This document shows, piece after piece, positions 37,768 to 52,033 of a stretch of DNA of 64,000 nucleotides (positions are counted from its first letter, which is position 1; each line of letters opens with the position of its first letter). The stretch comes from Selaginella moellendorffii (taxonomy: Eukaryota > Plantae > Lycopodiophyta): positions 1,763,767 to 1,827,766 of the forward strand of contig NW_003314274.1 of assembly GCF_000143415.4 (NCBI RefSeq). The letters run 5' to 3'. The notes below the pieces were generated by a model, which worked only from the letters and a program-made list of their open reading frames with translations, was not told where the DNA came from and did not search any database. A program made the translations under genes and the position numbers.

Positions 37768-39355
37768 ATGGCCACCGATTCTTCCAGCTCCAGCTCGGGT
37801 TCTTCCGTCGTGGTAGTGGTTCCATTGCCGGCTCAGGGACACACTCCAGCGCTTGTTCACCTCTCCAGGAAACTAGCCGCAGAAGGATTCTCCATCGTGA
37901 TCGTCAGCGTCGAGAGCGTCCACAGGAAGATCGCTGCGAGATGGAAATGCTCGCCGCAGCTCGACATCCGGCTCGAGTCCATTCCGTTCACATCGTCCAT
38001 TCCGACCAGGCTCGACGCTCAAGCTTTGAGCCAACGACAAGAGCTGCAGAAGGCTTTGTTTGAGCTCCGAGTTCCCTTGGAAGAGCTGCTGGTGTCCAGA
38101 CTTATAGGCGAGCAGGGGCTGGAGATCAAATGTATCATCTCCGACTTTCATGCGGTCTGGACGACTCCGGTGGCACAAAAGCTGGGAGTTCCTCAGGTGT
38201 GCTTCTGGTCTGGATCTGCAGCTTGGGCTTTGATCGATCGTCACGTACCACTGCTTGTCGACTTAGAATACATTCCAGTACCAGGTATGAGTTTTTCTTT
38301 TCTTACTCGCAGTAACCAATCTTTCGTAGAAGCAAGTTCATCGCCTTGTGTGGACGACGATTCTACTACGCAAGGTAAGAAACTAGAAACTTTTCTAGCT
38401 AGCGTTTTCTTACCAGATTTCTTTCAAAGGTTGCAGCTTGAGAGGTGAAAAGATGATTTCTTTTATTCCGGGGATGGATCCCTTTCCAGCCTTGGATCTT
38501 CCATACTACCTCCACGAATTCTCCAAAGTGCCAGTGTGGAGCCTGGTTGCAAAGTCTCAACGTTTGAACACCGACAAGTGGTTCATCGCCAACACTTTCG
38601 AGTCACTGGAGCCGAGAGAAACACAGGCCATGAAGCAGCTACTGGGAGAGCAAAACTTCCTGGCGATCGGGCCTCTCTTGCCGCTGGATCACGAGGGGCT
38701 GGAACAGGTGGTGAGCCTGGAGGAGGAGGAGCTGGGCTGCCTCGAGTGGCTAGACTCCCGGCCGGAAGGATCGGTCCTCTACATCTCTTTTGGAAGCCTG
38801 GCGGTCCTCACGCAAGAGCAGTTCATGGAGCTGGCACTGGGAGTAGAGAGCAGCGGCATTTCATTCCTCTGGGTGATCCGACCAGCGTTCTTACCGCAGG
38901 GAGATCTTCCGACCATGGAGTTTTTCCAGGGATTTAGAGACAGGATGGTGGCGGAGAAGAGGTCGATCATCGTCCCGTGGACACCACAGAAGAGGGTGCT
39001 CTCGCACGCGTCCATAGGAGCGTTCTTGACGCACTGCGGCTGGAACTCGATCGTGGAGAGCGTGTGGAGTGGAGTGCCGATGCTCGGGTGGCCGTGCCAC
39101 TCGGATCAAAACTTGAATTTGCGGCTGCCAGTGGAAAGTAAAGGGATTGGAGCTCGCGTTGCTTGTAGCTCCAGGAGGACGGAGGTGGTGCACAGGGAGA
39201 GAGTGAGGGCGGTGGTGAGGAAGGCGATAGAGGATGGAGGAGAGGTGAGAGGGGCTGTCCGTGAACTCCGGGATCTCGCGGTAGCGGCAGTGGTAGAGGG
39301 TGGAAGCTCGAATAGAGACATGGCCACCTTTCTCGAGAGATTGAGATCATTGTGA
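37768..39355 (+). CDS. Family-1 UDP-glycosyltransferase, two exons
   Basis: VVVVPLPAQGH (catalytic His), CIISDF (Asp), SVLYISFGS, PSPG box WTPQKRVLSHASIGAFLTHCGWNSIVESVWSGVPMLGWPCHSDQ, GGSS. Intron at ~38285-38429. Confidence 0.95.
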
Positions 39356-39736
39356 TAGTATACAAAGCTCTTCCTTTTTTTCTTGGATCAAACAAATACA
39401 ATTTTTCTAGGTTCAAATCATTGTGATAGTTTCATTGTCTCGTAAAATGTATACAGAGGTCCTCCTTTCTGAAACAACTATAATCTAGTGGCACGAAAAA
39501 TCGTGTGCTCCACTATTCATCTTCGTCTTGGTCGTGGCTCGCAACACACTAAACACCAAAAAGCTTCATTCATCCCCCATGTCTCGTTCGTCAAGTACCA
39601 ACGAAGTCGAAAATGGTTCTTTTTTGTGCTGGATGCTACAGGACGATGAGGACGATTGGCTGCAAGGAAGATCAAAATCCTCATAGCACCAAGGAAGAGA
39701 AAGAAAGAGCTTACCTCAAGCGCTTCTATCATCACC

Positions 39737-41190
39737 ATGTCGAGTGTTCTGCCTTGCAGGAAATCTCACGACCACCAAGTCGAGATCTCCGACACGGAGT
39801 TTGAGGACTGCTGCAGCTCGTTGAATCTGGATCAAAGTTCGCCGCTCCACTGGACACAGATCACAGAAAGTCCTGAGCATTATGGTGTTATCTCAACACA
39901 GGAGATGATCCTTACCAAGAAATTCCGCAAGCAGTTCTACCATGGTGGCGATGATAATCAAGGAGCTTTACGTTCTTTCTCCGCCATGCCCGTGCCTGTG
40001 GAAGGGAACCAATCACTCCCAGCCAAAGAAGACGAAGATGAACAGCGCTTACCTTGTGCCTTTCCACCGTTCTCGTTCAAAGACAGCACAACTTTTGCTG
40101 GCTTTGTGAGGAGTCTAACTGTTCCAGGTAAGCTTCGTCTCCCGACAAATCATCCAGTGCTAGATCCACTTTGCCTTTCTCGCCAGACGACGGGATGCAT
40201 GACCACCAAGACGAAGAACTGGAAGGAGCTGACGATTTATCGCCAACCACGGTACTCGAGGCAGCAGCAAGTTCTTCCTCCGCATCCACACCATCTGCGT
40301 CTAAAGCTACAGATTTCAACGAACTCGCTCCATTTCCAGCGTCGTTCCCTTCTGCTATGACGTCCATGGATGCTCTCCTCACTGCCAGCAATGACTTCAG
40401 CTTTTCAATGTCGCAAGCAGTCCCTGCCTCACCTCCAGAGAAGACTCTCTACGATCTTCTGGAGCTGAAGTTCGACGGTTTTGGTTGCGAGCACCAATTG
40501 CCCGGTCGGCTCGACGTCCATGACAATCGCGACGAAAAGCTGCAGTCGAGAGGTTTCCAGAGGTTGAGCAATAGCCTGGCCAAGAGCTTTTCTTATGCGC
40601 CTCATTTGTTCCTGCCGCAAAATACCACCCAGCATGTTAGAAGCCAGTCCCTGGCATACACCAGCAAACCTGAGAAGCAGTTCAACTTCGGCGGCTTCTT
40701 TAGCAGCTCCAACAACGAGATTTCCAGCAGAAGCAGCAGCAAAAATAGTCGCACCAGCAGCGAGTTCAGTATAGAACTGGGAAACAGGTCCGGCAGATAC
40801 CTCGACTTGGACTTCACGAAGGACGCTGAAGAGCAACAGGATCCCCAAGACTCTAACTTTCAATTTGATGCCAGGAGCAACGTGGAGGAGGTCGTCTGCA
40901 ACAAGGATGACTCCAAGTTCACGTCTTCACCTGTATCGTCCGCATTCTTGTTTGTTAAGTCTGACACCAGTTGCTCTGACGACTATATCAACTTCCAGCC
41001 TAAACCATCTCCCACCAGCCACGGAGAGGAGAGTAACGTCGTGCAAAGATTTTTTCGAAGCGGAAGCCAGTGCCGGGAAATCTCAGATAGCGGAAAGCCG
41101 AAGGTAAGTTCTGTTCGCTGTTGCTTGCTGGATCTCTTAAAATTGTGGTTCTCGCAGGGAAGTTGGTTCATCTGCTGCTGGAGAAGTTGA
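39737..41190 (+). CDS. Orphan Ser-rich protein of unknown function, three exons
   Basis: Long ORFs joined by GT-AG introns at ~40128-40186 and 41104-41157. Low-complexity S/D/E composition. Ends GSWFICCWRS*. No recognised domain. Confidence 0.6.
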
Positions 41191-41223
41191 AGAACCTATC
41201 ACAGGTTTCTGACTATTCCCCCC

Positions 41224-44272
<3,049 letters not shown>

Positions 44273-45519
44273 GAACAGGAGAAACGCTCAAATAAACAAC
44301 GAGGAGACTCCAAAAAGAAGCACGAATTCCATGAGACCATCCGAGGATAAAGACGCCACTGACAGTTAGGGCTAGGACGGGAGCCCCTGGAAAAATCACA
44401 CTGGATAGGTCCATACGAGCAATCATTCCTAGTGCGCGACAAGCTGGACGCGATGATTCACCGATCGCGAGAAGAGGATCTCACCTTTGGCGCCAAGGCG
44501 AGTAAGAACCCTAAATAAACCGCATTTTAGGGTTCTTGGCAAGGGCAATTTGGCACGGCGTCGCCGCTGCTGGATCATCTCCCGGTGATGATAGGACGAT
44601 GAGAGGAGAGCTCCCGCGACGCCGATCTCAGCGGTATGTGAGCTGCATTGCCGTGATTCCTTTCCCCTGGTTGAAAAACCGCTGGAAATTCTAGCTCGCC
44701 CTGAAAAGAGCTGTGTTCGTCTTTTCTTTCCAGGGATTGGCTTTGACTGAGAGCAAGTTGCGCTACGATTTCTCCTTCTGGTGTCGACACTTTTGATTCG
44801 CCCGAGAAAGAAGAAAAATGGCACTGCGGTGTGGCGATAGAAACAACACAACACGTATCTCTGGTTCTGTGCTTCATGCAGACCAACGTACGCTAACTTT
44901 GATTTCTTTCTTCTTTTTGGCGAGCGAGGGTGGACGACACTTACACCACACATGTGCCTGCGCTGATTATGATACTCTTTCGCTGGAGCTGGGCGATTCT
45001 TCCTGTTTGATCTTGCTTCTTTTCCTTCTTCCGTTTAGTTCTTTGCCTAACGCTCTTGTTTAGAAGGAGGAAACATCTCTCGAGCTACACGTACTGGAAG
45101 ATCAAAGAAAGATCAGGTTTGTTCCTCTGCTTCTTTTTTTTTTTTTTCTTTGGATGTGATTTCATCTTTGTTTTCTTCCAGATTCTACGTGTTGAGCTGA
45201 GGCCGGCTACACCTGGTACTTCCCTTATCTTGCTGGAGGGGGGGATCTCTGTTGTTGTTGTTTTAGATGACGACAAGCAATCAGGAGAAAGCATAAAGAA
45301 GGCGCAAGTAGCCGTTGTTTGAAGCCGATTGCTGTAGCAGTCGCTGTAAGAGGTCTCTTTCCCTCACAGTGGTAAGTGGCTCGCCAGTGTAAGTTCCTGC
45401 AGAGCTTTCCGATTTCCCGTTGTCTGTTTTAGCTTTGCTTGCGAGCGTCTGCTTACGTTTTCTCGCCCGAGATCCCCGTTCGCAAGGTCCTTTCCTCATT
45501 CTATCTCGTGCAAATATCA

Positions 45520-45527
45520 TATATAAA
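45520..45527 (+). promoter_or_regulatory. Putative TATA box of the HIPP gene
   Basis: TATATAAA about 120 nt upstream of the ATG, followed by a CT-rich leader. Confidence 0.5.
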
Positions 45528-45644
45528 GCAGCGGCTTGCTTGGGTCCACTGCCTCTTACTTCTTCTTGTTCATATCGATTGATCGATCTTCTTCTGTCAT
45601 TTCAAGTTCCCCTGGTACCACCAAAGGGAAAGGAGTGGCGAGCA

Positions 45645-46262
45645 ATGCCTGAGGTACATGAATCTTGTCGACTTATATTCACAGCTCTCCATTCTGATCC
45701 TCGGCATTTTATCCACAGCCACAGACAGTCGTTATCAAGGTCCGTATGCACTGCGAAGGATGCCGTAAGAAGGTGAAGAAGGCGCTCTCCAAAATCCCTG
45801 GTAAGTTTCTTCTTTCTTTTTCCCTCCTCCTGGTTTTTCTTCCTCACGGTTTGGAGCCCTTTTGCAGGCATTCAAGAGCTCAAGGTGGACCTTAAGGAAC
45901 AGAAGGTGACAATCAAAGGCGACGTGGATATAAAAAAAGTGCTGCTCAAGCTAGCAAGAACCGGGAAAATGAACGAGGTGCTACAGCCGGCCAGTGCTCC
46001 AGCCGAACCAAACAAGCCAAAAGAATCATCGCTGCCAGCGGCAGCAGCAGCCGCTGGAGAAACTGCGGCACAAACTCCAGCTCCAGCTCCAGCTCCAGCT
46101 CCATCTCCAGCTCGATCGAACTCAGCTCCAACTTCGCTGGCCACTTCCGAGGCCGCGACCAAAGAGGCTATCCTGAGGGACATCCAGATGAAGCCGTTGG
46201 TGTGGATCGACGCTCCAGACTTTCTGAGCGACGAGAACCCGAACGCGTGCTCGGTGATGTGA
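45645..46262 (+). CDS. HIPP: Heavy-metal-associated isoprenylated plant protein (HMA domain plus CaaX), three exons
   Basis: MPE|PQTVVIKVRMHCEGCRKKVKKALSKIPG|IQELKVDLKEQKVTIKG, a Pro/Ala linker, and C-terminal FLSDENPNACSVM*. Confidence 0.93.
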
Positions 46263-48658
46263 GGTAATAGCTAGCGGACAGGGGAGTTTTCTTTTTGTTT
46301 TGTTTGTATGTTCCTGCTCTTTAAATGACAATCGTGTTTGTGTGATAGTATCATCACAGATCAATATTGGCTTGCCTCACTGGTTCAAAGCAAAGAAAAA
46401 CTCGTATTTTCCCTTTTATATCTTACAACTTTTTTATGCTGGGTGGTCATGAAAATCCACAAGTTGAATCCAAATGCAACAAACTATTAAATAAAAGATG
46501 TGTGTGCCATTGCCAAATATAGGGGGGTGCTCTTGTTCTCTATTTTGGAACCTTACAAAAGATGTGTGTATACCTAATCTTGAACGTTGACTCTTGCTTT
46601 CCAAAAAAGTTTGACCTTTGACCAGATGATCTTACAATGTTCTTGCTGGCCAAAGCCCACAATTTGAGAGGAGCATTTGCCTCACCTCATATGACAAACT
46701 ATTAAAAAAATATATGTACGTTCTTGCAAGATACAAATCCTCTATTCTGGTGTACCTGATGCTAGAATCCAAACGTTTGACTTTTGGTTGACCCTTCCTT
46801 TCTAACAAAATCCATGCCAAAACCAAGGTTTGACCTTTGATCGGTTGACCCTACTGGAGCTGCTCTGCTGGTGCTGTGCTCTTGTTCTTGCTGGTGTTAG
46901 AAAGCGAGCAGACAAGACATGGCAGGTTGTGTTGTGGGGACGATATGGAGCAAAATTGGCTTGTATTGTTGACATTCAATGGAAGAAAAAAAAGAGATAG
47001 GAGGTCCTACACGTTTTCCTCCCACATATATTTTGGGTCCACATTCCTGAAGAGTCCACTTCTGGACATTCGAGTCCAAGTCCAGTCCATGCTTGAGTGG
47101 ATTATCAACAAAAGCAGAAGTAGCAGCAGCTGTGCTTGCGGCAGCAGATTCAGTAGCTCACAGGCAGATTTTTTCTGTTTCCACGCAGCAATATATATCA
47201 TCTCAATCCTCTACGTGTGGATGGGTGTGGCTATGGGGTGTACCTGCATGGGAGATGAGAGAGATAGAGCAGCCTTTAGAAGCCCAGCAAGGCATTCGTG
47301 AGGCAAATGCAAACGCCATTCCGCCTTCACGTGTGCTTGCTTGTTTGTGAGGTTGCGAGGTGATCCCATTTTAAAGCTGCCTGTCGAGCCGAATCCAGGC
47401 ACAACCCACCACCTTTCCTTTCATGCACATGTATATAAAAAACTGCGCAGGAATCTGGATCGACGCAACTCAACAAACCAGGCCGACTTCGAGCCACAAG
47501 CTCGGCTTAAACCAGTTATAAAGTGGCAAAATCTTGTCTTCTTTGTTTTTTGTTTGTGCGCATGCTCGGGTTGATGCAAATTGAGGTATGCAGCTGCTTT
47601 TTGGCGCGATAGAAAGCTAACAGTTTTAGTTCTTCTCGCTTCAGAACTGCTTTCCCGTTCCGAAGTTGGCTGCACGCTCGCAAGAACATTTGAATAAGGA
47701 AAGGGAGAATGCGATAATTATTTGAGATAGATGAATCCTGATCCATCCAAATCTAACATGAACACGTGAACACCAACCGAGCCGGTCCGGCTGGTGGGGC
47801 TCGTCTCATCAAAGTGAGATAGATGCCCCTGCAAAAACAAAAACAAAAAAATAGGAAAAAAAGGAGTGCGCCTGAAAACCCTACAGGATTGACATGAACT
47901 TGAATCAGAATTCATCCCCATCGCTCCCTCCCCCTCTGCTCCTGCTTCTGCACTTTGAAGGTGGTGGTGTCCACTTCTACTTCATTCCCCCGTCTGCCGT
48001 TGCTGCAGTGGAATTTTTTTTCTTGTTCATCTTTGTTTGCCGTCATCTGGCCTTTTTACAGTGTTAGATTCTTGTAACCCAATTTTTAGTTGTAATCTTT
48101 TTGTTCTTTGAGATGAGGGCCTTTGATGGAATGGTGCAGAGCTATAGCAGCCGCAGCAGCTGCATCTGCATCTTGCACCTGCACCTGCACCTGCATGCAG
48201 CTCAACCTGTCATGGCCTCGTGAAAGACTATCCCTGGCCTTGTTTTTTGCCAGGAACTCAAGTTAGACGTAGATATCTCACACATGTAGATCTGTAAGGC
48301 AAACCCTGCCCTCCTTCCTTGACATCAGTCCAGGCTTTGTTTCTAGTGCATTTTGAGGATCTTTCTTGGGTATTTATAATGCATGCAAGCTTCGGCTTCT
48401 TTGTGTTCCGGAATTATTCCCGGGAGACTTTGTTTATATATATATGTGGTTCAGAGAGCTGGAAGAGCTTCTGTAACTCTGGCTCGGCTTTGCAGCTGCA
48501 CTCTCCCCTACAAGAAACAACAAAACTCCAGTTATTATAAACACTTGGCAAGTTGCAGAGGTGAAGTTAGAGAAGGGGTGTAAGACCAACGCCGCTATAG
48601 CAGAGGCGGGCAGTGGCATGGCATGGCCCTGTTGTTAAGAAGTCATTCACGTAGGGGG

Positions 48659-48660
<2 letters not shown>

Positions 48661-48707
<47 letters not shown>
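48661..48707. repeat. (GA)n microsatellite preceded by a G run
   Basis: About 23 perfect GA units. Confidence 0.95.
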
Positions 48708-48710
<3 letters not shown>

Positions 48711-49413
48711 TTTTTCTTGGTTTCGATATGAAATGTTAAACTTTGTAAAGTCGGTGGCCTACAAAAAAACAAAAAAGAAACAGAACAAGAGAAAGAGACT
48801 TCTAGCTCTCCTGCCAGATTCTTCCTTGGATAGCTGGGACTTGAAGAACACTAGACAAATAACCTTTAAGCCGGCCCTCACTCTCTCCCGCTTCATCGCT
48901 GATTAGTTACTTAAGCCAGCGTACTTAGCCCAGTAAGTTTATACAAAACGAAGCGACAAAGGACAGACAACTGGATACATTAAGATTAGAATAAATTATA
49001 GGCGAGAAGCGAAGTACATAGCTGGGAAGGAACAACAAGCAACTGAAAGAACTAACAACAACAAGCACAAATCCAAAGCACAACAAGAAAAAAAAAAAGA
49101 AAAAAAAGAAAGAAAAAATTCCGAAAGTCGCAGGAGTTCAGCCTCTCTTCTCACTCTTCTTCCTTGTTTGGTTTTAGTGTTGTGTCCGTGTGTGATGATC
49201 CTGTGTGACGATCCTACTCTGCAAAATTGGCCTCAGGGTTTCCGTTTCCTCGGGTCCTGCTGCTGCTGCCCCTGAATCTCTCGCTTTGTGCCTCTTCGAA
49301 AGATCTCAGAACCCGAAAGCCAGACTGGAATGTCAAACTCGGAGACGAAAGCGCAGCCCGTAGCAGAGAACTGAAGAAGAGCCCGTAAAAACTTGAAAGA
49401 AAAACTCTTACTT

Positions 49414-49530
49414 GGTAGCAGTAGTAGTGATAGTAGCGGTAGTGGTAGTAGTAGAGCGGTAAAGTAGTAGTGGTAGTAGTACTGGTAGTAGTAGTGGTAG
49501 TAGTGGTAGCGATAGTAGTAGTAGTCATAG
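49414..49530. repeat. Degenerate (TAG/TGG)n trinucleotide repeat in the CYP78A 3' region
   Basis: gtagcagtagtagtgatagtagcggtagtggtagtagtag... begins about 20 nt downstream of the CYP78A stop on the minus strand. Confidence 0.9.
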
Positions 49531-49549
49531 TTGCCAAAGTTACCACCAC

Positions 49550-52033
49550 TTAGTGAGTAGCAGGAGGCCTCCTCGAAACTGGCCTGGCTTTCAGAGGATT
49601 GACCATCTCGCAAGAGAGCTTGAGCACCTCCGACAGGTCCACGGGGCTGTCCTCGCAAGGCATCCACGAGAACTCCTGGACAAGCCTGGCGATCCACAGC
49701 TTCACGGTCGCGAGTCCCAGTGCCCGGCCGGGGCATACCCGCCGCCCGGCTCCAAACGGCGCCAGCCTCAAGTCGATGCCCCGGACGTCGAAGCTCTTGT
49801 TCTCCACGAACCGCTCCGGGTCGAAAGCCTCCGGGTTGGGCCAGATGCTGGGGTCGTGCGTGATCGCCCACATGTTGACCATGGCGCTGGTGCCCGCCGG
49901 GACGTGGTAGCCGGAGATCTCCACGTCGTGCGTCGCCAGACGGGCCCAGGAGAGCAGCGGACCCGGCGGGTGGAGGCGGAGAGTCTCGTTGATCACGGCC
50001 TGGAGGTAAGGCATGCGCTCGGTGTCCGAGTCGCGGACCGGCTGGCCGGCCGGGCACACCGAGTCGATCTCCGACTGGAGCTTGTGCTGCACGTCCGGGT
50101 TGAGAACCAGCTCCGCCAGAGCCCACTCTGTGAGGATCGCAGTGGTGTCAGTGCCTCGGAAAATCATCTCCTGCGTACACAAACAAAAGAAGCTCCTGTC
50201 AGTCAGTGACTTGAATATAACTGCGTTGGGTGGCGATTGATGAAAACAAACAGCACTGGACAACAGCCGCTTAGTCAGTCAAGCAAAGCAGATTTGCTCA
50301 CTAAACAATGTGCGTAAAAGACTACAGCCAGCAAGGACCGGCTCAAACACAAAACATGAAGCACACATGGAATGCAAGCTTCAACAGTGCAGGCGAAGGC
50401 CAGGATGGAGAAAGAGAAGAAAAAAAATCGGGAGAGAGCGAAGAAAAGCCTGAGTTTGATGTAAGGGGAGGACTGGTTGGTCAAAACAAAGTGGCTCCAA
50501 GGACGAAACGACAAACAAGCTTTGTACGCAGAAATTCATCGACCACCGTGCACACGCAGGACGAAGCCGAATCGGTGCTGGCTGTTGAGAGCAAAGCCAA
50601 CGCCCAATTTACAAGGCGAGATGGAATGGCTATGGCCCAGCGTGACCATTACGGCCCTTAGCTTCTTTAGAGCAAGCGAGCCACAAAGAAACGACCAGCA
50701 AACAGCGCCGTATACACACCCGCAAACAAAAGCGAACCGAAAGAAAAAAAAACGTTTAAAAAACACTCTGTGGGATGTCCTGGGTTGCGGTACATCAATT
50801 TGGTTCACCAGCTAAAGAGCGTTGCTCAACCCACAATCAAACAAAGGAAGTGAAACGAGGAAGAACTTTAAAGCCGAGCTCGGGAACGAGTAAGCACAAA
50901 CGCATGAAGGAAAGAACGCGAAAGCCATGAAGACAAGCGAGAAAAGATCCAACAAATGCAATGCTAGAAAAAAAACCAGAGAAGAAGTTACGTACCCAGA
51001 GCACCGCGATCATGTCCGACTCCTCGAGCTTGTCCTCGCCTTGGAGCGAGAGCAAGACGTGGACAAAGTCCTCTCCACCTCCGGCAGCTTTGGAGCTGGA
51101 AGAATTCTCCTCCTCCGCCGCCGCCATCTCTGCCCGGCGCTCCTGGATAATCTTCCTTACAAAAGCGTTCACGCGAGGAACCAGCTGCTGGCAGCGCTTC
51201 ACCACGCCCTGGGGATCCCACTGCCTCAAGAATGGGAGATGGTCGGACCAATTGAAAGCGCCCAGAAGCTCAAACCCTTCGCGGACCATCGCCTGGACCT
51301 CCTCCTCGCCATCGCCGATGCGTCGCCCAAACACCGACCTCATGACACTGTTGAGCGAGGCGCGCTGGACGAATCCACGCACGGCGATACCGCCGCCATT
51401 GGAGCGGGCGGCGCTGCCGGAGATATCGGCCACCATGGCGGCGGTCTCGGCCTGGCGGAGCGGCTCCTGGGCGGCGATCCGGCGGGGGGAGAAGAGGCAG
51501 CCCGATGCAATTCGTCGCAGCCGGCGCCAGTAATCGCCGTAAGGCGCAAATCCCATGGCGCGCCCAAAGAGAAGCTCCTGCGCAGATTGCTTGAGCGGGC
51601 GGTCCGCGAAGCAGGGGCTGGCGAGGATCTGGCGTGCCACATCCGGCAAAGACGACACCACCATGCGCGTGGATCCGACGCTCACCGCCATAAGCCTCTC
51701 CGCCGAGTGTGATCGCGCCAGGGCCGCCAGGCGGCGGTGCGCCAGCGCTCCCATGTCGAGGAGGCTCCCCAGGACGGGGAATCCTCGCGGTCCCGGGATT
51801 GCAGCGGCGTTCTTCATCTTCTTGCTAAAGATCAGCGATCTTCCCCACGCCGGGCCGCCGGGGAAGCACCAGAAGAGGATTGCCGAGGCGGCAAAGACGC
51901 AAAGAAGCGCCAGCGCGAGAGGGATCCAGGACGGCGACGCCGCCGCCGACGATGAATCCAGCCACGGCTTGGCGATGAGCGGCAGCAAGTAGACCAGAGA
52001 GCTCCTCCCAGCGGCGCCGCTGCTGGAATCCAT
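49550..52033 (-). CDS. CYP78A: Cytochrome P450 CYP78A (KLUH-like), two exons with an ~820-bp intron
   Basis: [71 protein letters not shown]|[27 protein letters not shown], heme motif [11 protein letters not shown]. Confidence 0.96.

Noticed and set aside
46364-46388. ATATTGGCTTGCCTCAC resembling miR171 star
   Set aside because: Several mismatches and no complementary mature arm nearby.
47980-47990. CTTCATTCCCC matching the 3' half of miR166
   Set aside because: The 5' half (TCGGACCAGG) is absent and no star arm is visible.
49233-51992. Long antisense and alternative-frame ORFs over CYP78A (similar ones overlie GLR, UGT and the kinases)
   Set aside because: Expected shadows of GC3-rich coding sequence, with no independent motifs.
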